64,000 nucleotides of DNA from Octopus sinensis (GCF_006345805.1 NC_043001.1:40796001-40860000), one strand, 5' to 3'. Shown: positions 10,519-25,052, numbered from the stretch's first letter. Notes: a model not told the origin generated them from the sequence alone. A program made the numbers and translations.

Positions 10519-13500
10519 GACACATTAAGGGTGTAATTTGTGTGACATTTGGCTTCTATCTCTAGCAGATCAAGCACTGCATAAGTATCCCTCAGAGGTT
10601 TGTAGTTATTTGATTGACAAGTGGGGGTGAAAAATTGGCATAGCTAGAATTTGAATTGAAGCCCATAAATTTTCTTTACATTACTGATATCCTTGACAAA
10701 AAGCATAAAAACTTCAGATTCACAAAATGTTTTGTGACATTCATGCTTTCTTTGGAGATAATATCATAGCTAAGAAACATGCTTCAGGGAACACACAAAA
10801 GAATAGAATAATGGACTTAGGTTCTTCAAGAAACTTACTGTCTACTCTACTCCCTTGTTGGATTGATTTAGTTCTATATTTTAAATAGAGTGGACAAGAA
10901 TAGCAGCAGAAAACTTGTGGATGATGTTTGACAACAGATTTTGTGAAATGAAATATGAAATGTGTTTATTAAATTGTCTACCAGTGTTTTCCAAAACACA
11001 TCTGTTATTGTGTATACGTGTGTATATCTGTATATGTGTGCAAATGTGTGTGTGCGTGTGTGTGTGACAGGGAGAGAGAGAGAGAGAGGCAACAGACTTA
11101 GACTGTCAAGATTGAATTATATTCAAAAGTAGCTTCACACAGATATCTAACAATTACTCAAAGAATAACATTCAGTGAAGCACTTTTTCTCTTCCTTCCT
11201 TCTTGTTACTCAATTCTTTCTTCTTGTTTTCCATTCTTTCTCTCAGTATATCTTTTATGCAAAGTATTAGGATTTATTATTTTTCATTCTTAACTCATAA
11301 CTCTAATTAGATACATGAAAACTCACAAAACAATTATCTACATATTTCTTATATAGAAAAATGTAATGCTGTCTCTTCCCGTTAATGGATTACTATTAGT
11401 CTGGAATGATAGCGACAGTAAAGAGCAAAACAAAATGCTTTACAGTATCTAATTCTATATGTTCCAAATTGAAATCCTATCATGGTCAACTATGACTATC
11501 ATCTACAAATTTGAGGCTTTTTGTTAAAGTAAGAAACCATTATTTGCTAGTATGGTTCAATGATACAATTAGATTTTGAGAGCCTAAATCAATATCTTTT
11601 TCTAGCTAATTTTATTTCATTTTATTTGTAGATGTATTTAAACCATCACAAAAAAAAAAAACAAAAAAGAAAAACAAAGACCAAGTGGCAGAGGTGAAAT
11701 GGCTGAGTGAATAAAGTATTGAACAAACACTTTTGTAAATAAATTCATATCTATAGAAGGCCTTGTCTGAAAAAACTCACTTAATTCAACATGTTTCTGT
11801 GAAGAATAGATATCTGTGATAGACCTCTGTCTTATCCATGGACAAATCTTACATTTGCTACAGAAACTGAGGAAATTAGCTAGTCAGAAAAGTCTGATAG
11901 CTCTAGACTGATCGTATAACCAACAAATGTTATATGAAGGTAATTTACAAACTACCATTTCTTTTAATCTTTACAGAAGACACTGAACATAATCTAGCTT
12001 GCTTTTGGCCAGCAGCAGTACATGTCAAGGTCAGTTTCACAATACACCAAAAGATCCCTAACACTAGAGCCATGTACCCCTCTTGATAATATATTCATTT
12101 GATAGCATTTTTTTTTATTTGCAAATATCTTTGTGAATAGTTGTATTTGGTTATGCAGTGGAAGACAAAGACAAATAGAGTTCTACTTGTTTGACAAGTG
12201 AGTTGATCTGAATTGGTGTGCTAGGACTATACTAATTGCATTGTGGTAAAATCATTGTAGCCATTTAAAACATATACTTGTATTCATTTTCATTTTATTA
12301 TTATTTTGTAATAGTAATGCAGTTAGACTTCGATTATCTAAATGGGATGAGTGAGGTGTATTGTGTTTAGATAACTGATCTGATCATAAACAATAGAAGC
12401 CATACTAAATATAATTACATAAAGAAAAGCATGTTTACACAGTTTTTATATCATCCAATCAATAAAATGCTGTACTCGTGTGCAATCTTTGATGCCTTTT
12501 AATTGTGATCCAGACTGTAAAATTTCACTTCTTTTGCATAGTAACAGCAAGATATTTGATTACTTATAACGGATATGTATTCAAAACAAAGTTGTAGAGT
12601 GATGAAGACATCACTGATTTTCTATTCTTTTAAATTCTTCTGTATGAACACTGTTTATAGTGGTTGACTGAGGTCAAATGAGTTGTCTGATCAACATGTG
12701 GTACTTCTAATAACTGTAAACTAAATATCTAATTGTCACACAAGTATTAACACGTCTTTAAACAGTTTTACATGATCTTCAGTAATATGAATTCAGTTTT
12801 ACAGCAAAAGACAAACTAGTAACATCAGTATTATTCTTGAGTTCAGATTACATGCAGTATAGCAGATTAAATATTCCTAAAATCTTGAAATCTTGTTCAG
12901 ATTATCCAAAATTTGAACAACTGATATTAGGATAACCAAGGTCTGACTGTATTTGTTAATAAGTATCAAATACTAATAAATTAAAAGTAGTGATAACAAT
13001 GTGTATGTGTCTTAATAGCTATAGTGACCACTACAACAAAGTACTTATTTTTCTGAACAGTGTTTAGCATATGAAATATCAGAAGAAAACTACAACAATG
13101 ACATACCACTAAAAAAGAGAAGAAACAAACAAATATATCCACCTGTAGTTCGTTTAAATCATTCAATGAGCAGTGAATGAGTTTATTTATGTCAAGCAAT
13201 AATGAATAAGCTATTCACATCTTCCTTAATTTTCTGAAAGAGAATTGCTGTCTTTCACCTCCACCATCTCTCTAGCTCCTTCACAACATGACCAAGTAAA
13301 GAATATGTGAAGCATTCTTCTTTATTACATTTTTTCCAATCTATTCTCAAGTGACATAAGGTGACCTTGGATTAGAGTAGAAAAATAAAGGTGTTAGAAA
13401 ACCAGATAAACATCTGATGTCAAGTATGAAGTAGTTACACTGTCAACATTAAAAGACATAAGGCAGAAATAATCAAGATAATCATACATGTAATTATATC

Positions 13501-14427
13501 ATGTCAGTTTTACTTGAAGATTTACAAGGACAAAAAATGTAACTGACATTCTTTACTATATTAAATATACCATTGTTGTTCATGACAGTCTGCTAACAAA
13601 TCATATTCGGGTGATTTTCAAGCAAAAGCACAATTAAGCAGCCTCTGGTTACTATGTCCTTTTTTAAAGACCATCTGAAGAGGCATAGTGTCTTTCATTT
13701 GGATAATTTTAAGGACTCCAAAATAGATGTTAATTTCAAAGAAGATAATATTGAAGAAAAAGTGAGAGTGCAGAGTTTCAAAATTTCCGAAGCGATCTCC
13801 TAATATAATAATGAGCGTAGTGTTTTTTTATATTTGTATGTATATATATATATATATATGTCTAAAATTATGCAGTAGGGGTGAAAGGGAGAGGAGAAAA
13901 AAAATAGTAATTCAGTGAAGGAGAAGTAGTGGGAGTAAAAGTCATGATTGAGAGGGAGTGAGAGAAAGTAATAGCAATGAGAGAGAGGAAGTGGCAAAGA
14001 GAGCATCGTGTATCTTCTACTATAATAATACTCTTGTGTATTTCTCCGTCACAACATATGAATGAGAAAAGAAGGGGTGATCCACTAATGGAAGTGGGAT
14101 GGTGAAAAGTCAATGGTGAAACAAAAATCAAACAGTGCTTCAACTCTGTGTGAGTATATGTGTGTGCATGTAAAAGGGAAGAATGTGAATGTTTGTGTGT
14201 GTGTGTGTGTATGTGTGTGTTGGTGTAAAATATATTTATATAATTGAGTGTATATGTGTTTGTGTATGTTTATTTAAAAAGATACATAGAAAATAGAATT
14301 ATAGACACACGTGCATTTACACATACATATATATATATAGACAAACACTTAGAAAGGGAGGAAGCGGGCTGTGACAAAGTATAGAAAACTGCATTTGCTA
14401 CAGACTGTGCTACTCTTACATATAAAT

Positions 14428-14476
<49 letters not shown>

Positions 14477-15899
14477 GTTAAAGCACTGTTTGATTTTTTT
14501 TCCACTTTTGTGTACCCTTTTTATATATAAAATGCTACAATTAGCCATCATTTTAGACAGCATGGGACCAGCTAGTATATGATGTTGTTTATCATTCCTA
14601 GTTCAGCTTGACTGAGTAAACCTAAAAATCAAAACATTCCAACCATGGCCTTCTTGTCTTTTCCTTTTCAGACAAAAGACTACATTATTCAATGACTCTT
14701 CTCTTTATAAGACAGTAGGGTGTGATTCAAGAGATTTGGTTGCTATTTCTTGCAAAGAGAATGACCACAGAGAAACTCTTGTATTGTGTGTAAGGAGAAT
14801 TAGTGAGTGTGCATGAGAGAGACCAAGCAGAAAACAGACTGAAAACTGAAGAAAGCCAGAGAGAGGAAAATAAGAAATGGAAGGGTGGATAAGCATATGA
14901 ATATTGACATTTTCCTACTTATTTTTCAGAGCACAAATTCATAAATAACAGGGAAGAATTGTGTGATGTTCATGCATTTCTAAAGAGCTAAAATGAAGCG
15001 AATTGACTCATTCTGAGAATCAAAACTTGATTGCAGGCTCAGCATACTAGAAACTTAACTTTTGCTTAAAGTGACTCATATTCAAGATAGATAATTAAAA
15101 GATGAATATATAAACTATAGTTTATAGGAAAAAAACAAAAGGAAGGAGAAAATGTTAATGATTAGATTCTAAGAGAATGGGAAATGAATGATGACACTGA
15201 AGGGAAAATGGTTTATAGAAAAATTGTAAAAATGAGAAGAGTGGGAAAATACAAGTCTATAAACAGTAGTGATTTCTTTTAAGTCAATTGATTCTACTGT
15301 TATTAAATATATTTCACTGATATTTATTTTATCAATCAAGAAAACAATAATGACTCAATTAATGAGGAGGAGAGGTGGAAGCAAGACAAAAGGACAGCCA
15401 GAGAATAAGTGATATATATATATAGAGAGAGAGGGGGGGGAGAGCGAACAAGCAACAGAAATTATTCTATTAAGTGGAGAAGCAAACAACAAAATATAAG
15501 AATAGAAAACCAGATATTTTAACCTCTCACTCAACCATATTCCTGAGAGACCTCAAAGCTAGCAAAATAGGAAGAATAAAATTGATTTCATACACAGGTT
15601 CTTCACTTCCATAGTAACCAAACCAAAAGATTTTGCAGATTCACTACTTGCTTATATTATTAGTGATAATCCTATTCATCACCAGTCACCTACAGTCGAT
15701 GATAATCCTTTGTGAAAGCTACTTGAAGCAGAGAATTATACTTGGCTCTAAACGGTTTCAGTTCTCTCTCTTTCTCTCTCTCTCTCTCCCCCCACTTCTC
15801 TCTTAGCCAATAGATAATGAATATGAATGCAAAAAATATGTTGCAAGCCATAACCCATCATATCACCCAGGAGCTAAATGAAAATATATTAAACAGACA

Positions 15900-16140
15900 T
15901 CTTTGGCTGAAGACTTTCAGATGGCCAAGTTAATATCTTGCAGCTTAGGGTTTAGCAGTTATTGTCTCGTCAAGAATGTGGACACAACTTGTGAAGAGGG
16001 AGACCCAGGAAGATATAGGACAAAGTAGTGTAGGCCAATCTCAAGATGATGAAACTCACAGAGGAGCCGGCAAAGGACTGAAATGATTGATGATTCACTG
16101 TGCTTGAGAAGACTTGTTCCTCACAAGAAAAGTGAGATCC
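15900..16140 (+). mobile_element. RTE LINE 3' fragment, decayed
   Basis: gaagagggagacccaggaagata (RGRPRK-like) and gatgatgaaactcacagaggag resemble the 3' coding end of the RTE copy near 42990-43080. Confidence 0.45.
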
Positions 16141-17479
16141 TAAAAGCATTATATTTGTCTACATACTCACTGGCCCCTGCCCATTATCTGACCCCACCAA
16201 ACCTGCCATACCTCTTATCTTCTTAATATCCCTCCCTCCATCATTCTTCTAACCACAGCACTATTCAGCATCTACAGTAATCTGAAAGCAGAATAGGCAC
16301 GTGCTTCATACCCCTTTGTGCTACCAGTTCCCTCCCACTCTCCTGAGAACCACCTCCTTGTAAAATATATCCCTCATTCACAATATCATCCCTTGCCATT
16401 TTAGTTTTCACCAATCTCCCCTTTCTGTACTTCCTGTTATCTTGAGATACATCATAGGACTGCCGTTACATTATCTTTAACCATTGTCATTCTTGTCATA
16501 TCCGTCATTGATGACTTATCCCAACTTTGTCTCCCATTCACTATAGTCATCCATATGTATCTCTGACATCCATCTCAGTCACTGTACACCTCTCTTGCTC
16601 TCCTTTCTTATTCTGGACATTATCTACATATTTTCTGATCTACCTACAGGTGTGTTGTACTGCTGTTCTCCTCTTTCCTTGTATTGCCATTTATCACCTC
16701 CTCATTTCTGAGCCACTTCTATTCTTTCATTTCCCCCATAATGATATTTACCATTGACTACACCTCCTCACCCATCTCTAACCATCTGTCACTCTCCTCT
16801 TACTCCAAGAGAAACTTTCCAATTCTTTGTCTATATATTCTCTAATAATCACATGTTTGTATCTTGAGAGTGCACTCTGATACCTTGCAAATCAGTATTT
16901 TTGTCTTCTTTCCAACTAGTTCCACCCACCCTTACATAATACAAGGTAACCATGTGTCTTCTCCATAGCAAGACACCTATGCCTGTTCTTCTATCATACT
17001 TTAGCATAACACCTGGCATAAGCCCTTTCCCCTTCTACTACAACCCCATTCAGTTGAAGGGTCCTTCTCCTTGTTTTGCAAGTTACTTGGTGACCCCACT
17101 AGTGTTGGTGTCATGAAAAAAAGCAACCAGTACAGTCAGTAAAATGGTTGCTATTAGGAAGGATATCCAGATGTTGAAACTATTTCAACACAGACATTGA
17201 AACTCAACGTAGTCCTTCAGTTCATTAAATGATGATGCTAATGTCATCATTTAATGTTCATCCTCTATGCTGGCAGGAAGCTGCATTGAGCCTCAAAGTT
17301 TGCTTTGGCATGATTTCTTCAACTGGATGCCTTTCACTCTACAGAGTGTACTAAGCACTTTTCTCATGGCAATGACACAAGTAAGACAACTAAGTAATTC
17401 ACAAGACAAGCCCCTTCAACTACTCTCTTTTCCAAAATGTTTTCTTTTGTAATATAAATGAAGCATTTAGTAACAGAGT

Positions 17480-17700
17480 GTCATAAGCACCACCCTGACC
17501 ATTTTCGAGGTTAGTATACCACTTTCTTCATCTCGATGTCTAGTATCCGAACAAGTTGAGAGGAAGAACACACTCTTTTCCAGTTGAGTAACCTGAAATG
17601 AAGCATCTCGCTCAAGGACACATTGCATCACCAGGAATCAAACTCACAACCTTACGATCATGAGCTGAATACTGGAGCCACTAAGCCACATGCTTTCACA
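17480..17700 (-). mobile_element. tRNA-derived SINE, degenerate
   Basis: catctcgctcaaggacac..gaatcaaactcacaaccttacgatcatgag..ccactaagccacatgc is the reverse complement of a tRNA-like head plus CORE-like segment. Confidence 0.55.
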
Positions 17701-18545
17701 GAATATTAAAAACTTAAGTGTCAAATTAGATAAATTCATTAATATTATATAACTTCATTTTACTTCACTTATGAAAAAATGCATCAGGTTCCTAACATTT
17801 CTTTCCCTTGCAAAGAAAAGAAAGAATTAATGAAAAGTGAGGTTACAACATTACTCATGTTCTAACCAAAGTACTGTGAACTTGTTTAGCAATGACTGTG
17901 AACAGATATGTCGGACAATCTGGTGTCCAGTCTTGTATAGTGAAGAATCATGTAGAAGAACAAACAGCATCCACATAATAGCTAGTATTTAAATATCTAC
18001 TCCTTAGAACAGCATAACTGACAGATGGCTTACTAAATAACTACGGTTAACAGGAGCAAGGAAGAGTTTCAATGAAGCAATGCATTTGTATGTCAATTTA
18101 AATTTACCACTTTCTACACAACTCATGGGGTATGAATAAAAATAACTTCCTCTCGGTCAAATACTTCCACCAAATATTCTTTACTGACAACAATCAACTA
18201 TCACTTTCCTTTCCCAATTTAAAAAGTTTTTTTTTTTGTAAAATAAGTAATGTAATTAACAGAGCCTTAATGATTCCATATTGAAGACATTCAACCAAGA
18301 TAAAAATAGCAGCTTTGAATATTAAAGATACTGGAACTAAAATGAGAGAAGGAAAAAAAAAAAAAAAAATTAAATTAAATATAGAAGTATTAAATAATGT
18401 TTTATGTCATTTAATTTCCTTAACAAAGTAAAAATAAAATAGATTCCTAGCAAGGTATTTCTCTCCTTTTTACAAAGAAAAGAAACAACCAATGGCTGTC
18501 TGTCTCTCTCTCTCTCTTTTGGCATGCATGCATACACACACTCAT

Positions 18546-18592
<47 letters not shown>

Positions 18593-18829
18593 TACATACA
18601 TACATACATACATACATACATACAAGTAAATAGAGAAGTGCCGAGCTCTAATTGTGGAGGGAACCTGTGGAAGGGGTAGACCCAGGAAGATGCAGGATGA
18701 AGTGATGAGAAAGGATCTTTGGACACTGGGCCTCAATGAGAAAATGACAAAGGACCGGGAGGTGTGGCGATTTGCTGTACTTGAAACGATGTAACAAGCT
18801 AAGTAAAATCAGTGTCAACCATACAGGCT

Positions 18830-19070
18830 TGTCCTTTACAGGTGGTGCTGTCACATAAAATGCACTTGTGCTGGTGCTGCATAAGTGCACCTGTGCCTGT
18901 CGCACATAAAAAGTACTAGCACACTCTATAAAGTGGTTGGCATTAGGCATCCAGTTCTAGAAACCATGCTACAACAGACAATTGGAATATGGCCAGCTCC
19001 TGTCAAACCCTCCAACCCGTGCCAGCATGGAAAATGGACATTAAATGATGATGACAACGATGATGATGAA
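18830..19070 (+). mobile_element. RTE-LINE 3'-tail-derived short repeat
   Basis: gtggttggcattagg..catccag..caacccgtgccagcatggaaaatggacattaaatgatgatg matches the tail of the RTE LINE (43380-43580). Further copies at about 17100-17180, 22120-22240, 22700-22880, 22960-23060, 41090-41140, 41280-41450 and 49328-49440. Confidence 0.75.
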
Positions 19071-19071
19071 G

Positions 19072-19099
<28 letters not shown>

Positions 19100-19103
<4 letters not shown>

Positions 19104-19495
19104 ATATAAAATCTGTTCTGTCTGTGTGTGTGTGTGTGTGTCTTCTAGGATCTCAGGCATTCTCCATCCGATTGCGCTCAAATTTGATATGTAGATACCG
19201 ATGGTATCAAGGCGTGTATAAGTCTTGAAAATAAATTACAAAAATCGATCCTAGGTGAGAATGCGTTCGATAAAGCCGTGAGAATGTGCATTTGTATGCA
19301 CAAGTACATCAGCTATTGCGATCAATAATATGTGTACACAAGAAAAATGCACATGCAGTTTCCGCAAAAAAAGCTGGCTGGCTTGAAATAATGCCACAAA
19401 ATGGGACGGTCAGACAAATTGTTTTGAGAAAATTTGGTTTAAATGTTTGACAACTCAGCACCGACCATTGGACGGAGGGGGGAGGCGTTTTGCTC
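19100..19495 (+). mobile_element. Possible non-autonomous Helitron/DINE-like fragment
   Basis: Starts tttatataaaatctgttctgtctgtgtgtg, similar to the 5' ends at 25053 and 30313. CpG-richer interior; no CTAG 3' end found. Confidence 0.4.
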
Positions 19496-19535
19496 ATATA
19501 TATATACATATACATATATATATATATATATATAT

Positions 19536-19912
19536 GCAATGGCCCAGTGGTTAGGGCAGCGGACTCGCGATCATAGGATCGCAGTTTCGATTCCCAGACC
19601 GGGCGTTGTGAGTGTTTATTGAGCGAAAACACCTAAAGCTCCACGAGGCTCCGGCAGGGGATGGTGGTGATCCCTGCTGTACTCTTTCACCACAACTTTC
19701 TCTCACTCTTACTTCCTGTTTCTGTTGTACCTGTATTTCAAAGGGCCGGCCTTGTCACTCTCTGTGTCACGCTGAATATCCCCGAGAACTACATTAAGGG
19801 TACACGTGTCTGTGGAGTGCTCAGCCACTTACACGTTAATTTCACGAGCAGGCTGTTCCGTTGATTCGGATCAACCGGAACCCTCGTTGTCGTAACCGAC
19901 GGAGTGCTTCCA
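19536..19912 (+). mobile_element. Young tRNA-derived SINE (third family, long conserved body)
   Basis: Head ggcccagtggttagggcagcggactcgcgatcataggatcgcagtttcgattccc has clear A/B boxes and continues into a CpG-retaining non-tRNA body ending gtaaccgacggagtgcttcc. Flanked by (TA)n. Confidence 0.8.
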
Positions 19913-21137
19913 TCCCCCATCCCATATATATATATATATACACACACACATGCACACAATATAGTATTTCACCCAGTTCTGCCAAACAATTTCATATAAG
20001 AGTTAAGGGAGAACCTAAAACAGTGTATCTTAGAAGGTCTGGTATGAAAAGTATAGCACTGATTTTTGGTTGAAAAGAATTCAGAGGGGAATAAGGGGTA
20101 TAACTGTTGGTGAATTTCCTTGTGAATGTTGCCCTGTAGTATTTTCCTTCCATTTTTTCCCAGCAACTACAAATTAGATATAACATTTCCTGACATCCAG
20201 CAGCAGAGAGCCATTGATGAGTGTAGTTTCAGACACTCCCATAACTCATGTGTGAAACCGATTGGTAAAATTGACTAAAATGGATCTATAATACTGTAAT
20301 ATATAAATAGTAATATATCCCACTCTATTGACAAATATACAAGAGCCAGTTTTTTTCTGACTGATGGAAAGGATGGAAGAATGGACGTTGAGATATTTAG
20401 TATTGAAAATGTGTATTTTGGTTCCGAAACACATGATGCATTAAAGATCTTTTTAGTTTGAATCGTCAAACCTTCTATCAGCATGATATATGGTAAACAT
20501 AGAATAAAAATAATAGAAAATGGAAAAAAAAAAAACAAGTTAAAAGCCTGGAATCTTCTACTGATGTCAAAATAATCTTTACTAGGAAATAATAATACAA
20601 AAACATAAAATTTATTTTGCACGTTTCAAATCCCAAGCTGCATTATTCATAAATTAAAAACAGAAAATATCAATGTGTCTACTGGAATTATTTCAAAAAT
20701 TTTCCAGCTAAATATATTTTTATATCACAAAGCAAGAAGAAATATATCAAACAAAATAATATAAAATAATGATGAAAATTGTTGTGTGTAAATGTTTACA
20801 TGTGTATGTACCTGTATACCCACAAGGAAATAGAACAAAAGAGCTGGTGAAAGAAAAGAAAAATGCAGTAAAAGCAACAGAGAAGGAAAAACAGTTAAAG
20901 AAAGAGAAAGAGTAAGAGAAAGAGAAAGGACAACTGGGTTTTTTTATCATAGCTTTGAAATGAATGACAGAGTAAATAATCAGAAAGTTGGAGGGGTTTG
21001 TTGCCAGACTTATGCTAGGCTGTTTGTTTTTATGATATTCAATTGTTATGATTTTAATGTTATTTATATAAATAATAATACTGATAATAAGCAAGAATTG
21101 TTGTAAAAATACATTTCTGTTTAATTAATATAACTAT

Positions 21138-21800
21138 AGGCACAGGTGTGATAAGAAGTTTGCTTCCCAACTACATGGTTCTGGGTTCAGTCCCACTGCA
21201 TGGCACTTTGGTCTTCTATTATAGCTTCAGGCTGACTGAAGTATTGTGAGTGAATTTGGTAGACAGAAACTTATCAATATATGAAGATATGTCTTTTCAA
21301 GCCAATTTTTTGTTTGAGAACTAAAAAAAGGCAGCGAGCTGGCAGAAATGTTAGCACGCCGGGCAAAATGCTTAGTGGTATTTTGTCTGCAGTTACGTTC
21401 TAAGTTCAAATTCCGCTGAGGTCAACTTTGCCTTTCATCCTTTCAGGGCCAATAAACGAAGTACCAGTTACGCACTGGGGTTGATGCAATCAACTTAATC
21501 CGTTTGTCTGTCCTTGTTTGTCCCCTCTATGTTTAGCTTCTTGTGGGCAATAAAGAAATAAGAAACTGGAGGAAGCCTGTCATATGTGTGTGTGTGTGTG
21601 TTTGTCCCCTCCATCACCTGACAACCTGTGTTGGTTTGTTTATGTCCTTGTAACTTAACAGTTTGGCAAAAGAGAATGGTATAATAAGTAGTAAGCTTCA
21701 AAAAAAAAAAAAGCACTGTAGGATTCATTTGGCTAAAACTCTTCGAGCTGGTACCTCAACATGGCTGCAGTCTAATGACTGAAACAAGTAAAAGATAAAA
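21138..21800 (+). mobile_element. Family C SINE interrupted by a nested insertion
   Basis: Host reads ..ggtagacagaaact (21271) and resumes at agaaactggaggaagcctgtc (21561). AGAAACT is duplicated at 21265-21271 and 21561-21567. Confidence 0.8.
21329..21560 (+). mobile_element. Family A SINE nested in family C SINE
   Basis: Full head-to-tail copy ending aataaagaaata. Confidence 0.9.
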
Positions 21801-21809
21801 GGTTGACAC

Positions 21810-23060
21810 ATGCATGGCTGTGTGGTAAGAAGCTTGTTTCCTACTTGACAACTTGTGTTCATTTGTTTACAGTTCCATAACTTAGGGATTTGACAAAAGA
21901 AACCAATAGAATAAATACCAGGCTTAAAAATAGGTACTGGTATCAAATTATTTGACTAAACCCTTCAAGGTGGTGCCCCAGCAAGGCCACAGTCCAATGA
22001 TTGAAGTAAGTAAAAGCTATAGAAATAAGAAGTGTCAAGCTAAGTAAAGTCATTGTCCTCCACACATACAGGCTTATCCTTTTAGGTGCTGATGCCAGAT
22101 AAAAAGCTATGTCAGTGCTGCATAAATGCACCCATGCTGGTGGCATGTAAAAAGCACCCAGCACACACTGTTAGATGGTTGGCATTAGGAAGGACATCCA
22201 GCTGTAGAAACCATGCCACAGCAGACAATGATGTCAATAAATAGAATAACTTCCTATGTCAGTGGTGTAACCAGCCCACTTATGCGTACCTTTCTTTCTG
22301 TGGCCTATGTCAGTGGTGTAACCAGCCCACTTATGCATACCTTTCTTTCATTGGACACTAAACTCTACTTGCGAAGACCTGTTGAAACAAGTGAAATCAA
22401 AATCAAATTCAATGACAGCACCGCATGACTGGCATCTGTACTAGTGGAGTGCTAAGAGCACTATCCAAGCATGATCATTGCCAGGGCTGCTGACTAGCTC
22501 CCGTGCCGATGGCATGTAAAACGTGCCATTCAAGAGTGATTATTACCAGCGTCACCTTACTGGCACTTGAGCTGGTGGCATGTGAAAAACAACATTTGAG
22601 CGAGGTCGTTGCCAGTACCACTGGACTGGCTCCTGTTCAGGTGGCATGTAAAAACACCATTTGTGTGTGGTCATTGCCAGTACCACCTGACTGGCCCGCA
22701 TACCCGTGACACATAAAAGCACCCACAACACTTTCAGAGTGGTTGGCGTTAGGAAGGGCATCCAGCTCTGCCAGATCAGATTGGAGCCTGGTGCAGCCAT
22801 CCGGCTCGCCAGTCCTCAGTCAAACCGTCCAACCCATGCCAGCATGGAAAGTGGGTGTTAAAAGATGATGATAATGATGATATCTATATCCATGTGTATC
22901 CTGGATTTAGAATAAATACACTGCATTCCTAAAGTTTTGTAAGGAGGTGATACAAAAGTTGGCAACAATAATGGGCATCTGGCTGTAAAAGATCATCTTA
23001 GAAAAACTGTCCAACCCATGCCAGCATGGAAAGTGAATGTAAAACATTGATGATGGCAAT
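21810..23060 (+). mobile_element. Cluster of stacked SINE and RTE-tail fragments, with a 51-bp tandem duplication
   Basis: Family C tail near 21960-22020 and RTE-tail motifs. cctatgtcagtggtgtaaccagcccacttatgc.tacctttctttc occurs at 22253 and 22304. Confidence 0.7.
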
Positions 23061-25052
23061 GATATGCAATATAAACAGTACACTCTGTAATTAGGATAGT
23101 TACTAAAACTATAGTTGTATAGAGTGGAAAATCAATGAGTGATCCTCTATGCATTTGTTCAATCTTCTAGACACAGATGCCAAATCTCCCTAAAATGACA
23201 TTCTGTCAAATATAGAAAAGGAAGGGTACACTGATTGATGTAGTTTTAGATTACAGTGTTTGAAAAAAAAAGATGATTAGAAGACCTTTTTGATTATAGG
23301 TTTTCTGGATCATAAGTGACTTGGAGTTAAACAAAATCATACTCTGCAGAGTAAAAAAAAAGCAATACTAAACAAGTTAAGTATGAATTTAAGTTCTATG
23401 AAATTTGTGGTTGCTACTCAAAATCTTGTAATACTAATGAATCACCTCTACAACACTATTCCTGTATAGTAGATGTGAAATAAAACTTAATAAATAGGGC
23501 TTATGCATAAGTACATAAAGAGCAAATGAGTAGCTAATGAAAGCTAATTAATTCATAATTAAGAGACTAAGTGAGATTGAAGAGAAGGCTTGACTGTTTA
23601 AAAATTCTATTTATATCAGAACTTAGTAAGTGTCAATAACTCACAAACTGATGTCAACAACTTGCTAGTTTATGCCAGTTGTAAAAATATGCATGAAGTT
23701 GCATGAAATTTAAACAGTCAGAGAACATAATTATAATTGAAGGCACTTTGTTTCCAACTAACAATAAATTTCATTGAAATTTACAACATCCTCCTTCATA
23801 TAACATCTACCTTTATTCTAGCAAAACAATATAGAACAGAACAACTACTCTGTCTAGAAAATTTATCTGTTGTTTACTTTGCTTTTATGAATAAATGTAA
23901 CAATTATAAAACTATCCATTTCAGTTATAATAGTCAATTTCTATGTTCTTGACAACCTAAGTATTGTTGAAATTGCTTGTCTAATTAAGCCCATCATTCT
24001 TCACTAATCTCCTGTCTTTGCTATCATGCTTTTTTCCTAAAATAATCATTCTCTAACTATAGCCTTCTACTGAGAAACGTCATTAACAAAAGTGAGGATA
24101 CTCTATAATGGTACATACAAAAGTAATGCAAAACATATGCTCCACCGGCTTTCACAACTTTATCTCACAGTTCATATACAGCATGCCAAGATCCACTGCA
24201 TGGCAGTGAAAATTTAGGAAAGAATAGTTATTTAGAAGAAAACTGAAGGACAAATGGAAAAGGACAAAGAGCAGAAACTCAAAATCTTCACCCCCATTAA
24301 TTCATGAAGTATATTTAGAATAGAGAGGTTTAAAATATTTGCTTACTTTATTTCAGTATTTATTGCTCTGTCTATAGCATTTGCGTATACTTTCAGACAA
24401 GTACAATCTTCATCAATTGGAATATGAATTAAATCTATTTAACTAAACTTCACTTATCCTATATAACTTTAACAACATATATATAATTCTTTGTATTCTT
24501 TTTAGAGCTGCACTGTCACAAGTGTACATGCATGTGCATACATATTTAGTTGTTTCCTTAAAATATTGAATACTTTGATTTCTTACCATATTTTTTATCC
24601 TCTTCTTAAACACAGTCTTTTGTACAAGACTTCACTTATCACTGAATATATCTGTTCTTTAACTTTGAATTTAACTTTTAAGAAGCTACCTTCTTTTTAT
24701 CTGTTTAAAAAAATTAAGTTTTAACCTTTCTCTTGGAGACTGAAACATGATTTCTCATTCATTCACCAAATTCATTTCTACATGAAAAATACATTCATAT
24801 CTAGAATAGAAATGAATGCTTACAAAGAAGAAAAACTGACACAAATACGTTTATCTACTTAAAAGAAAACAAATTTTCTGGAGATTATTTACAAAAAATA
24901 TTAACGGAGAAGTAAGAGAAAAATAGCATGGAAAAGTCTTATGATTGAAATGGTATATACATCATTTCATTGTATTAAAACAACTCTTACAATAACCAAG
25001 CAAGAACAAAACACAATATTGTTATAATAAAATTCAGTATAACCAAGACAAA

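Noticed and set aside
14930-14990. BTB-like exon (EHKFINNREELCDVH)
   Set aside because: Good acceptor but in-frame stop within 20 codons and no convincing donor.
17880-17990. ADAMTS-like Cys-rich exon (NDCEQICRTIWCPVLYSEESCRR)
   Set aside because: Resemblance limited to a CxxxWC pattern, weak donor, several frames open, and no other ADAMTS exons found.
19541-19605. tRNA gene
   Set aside because: tRNA-like A/B boxes, but imperfect cloverleaf and direct continuation into a ~300-bp repeat body; it is a SINE head.
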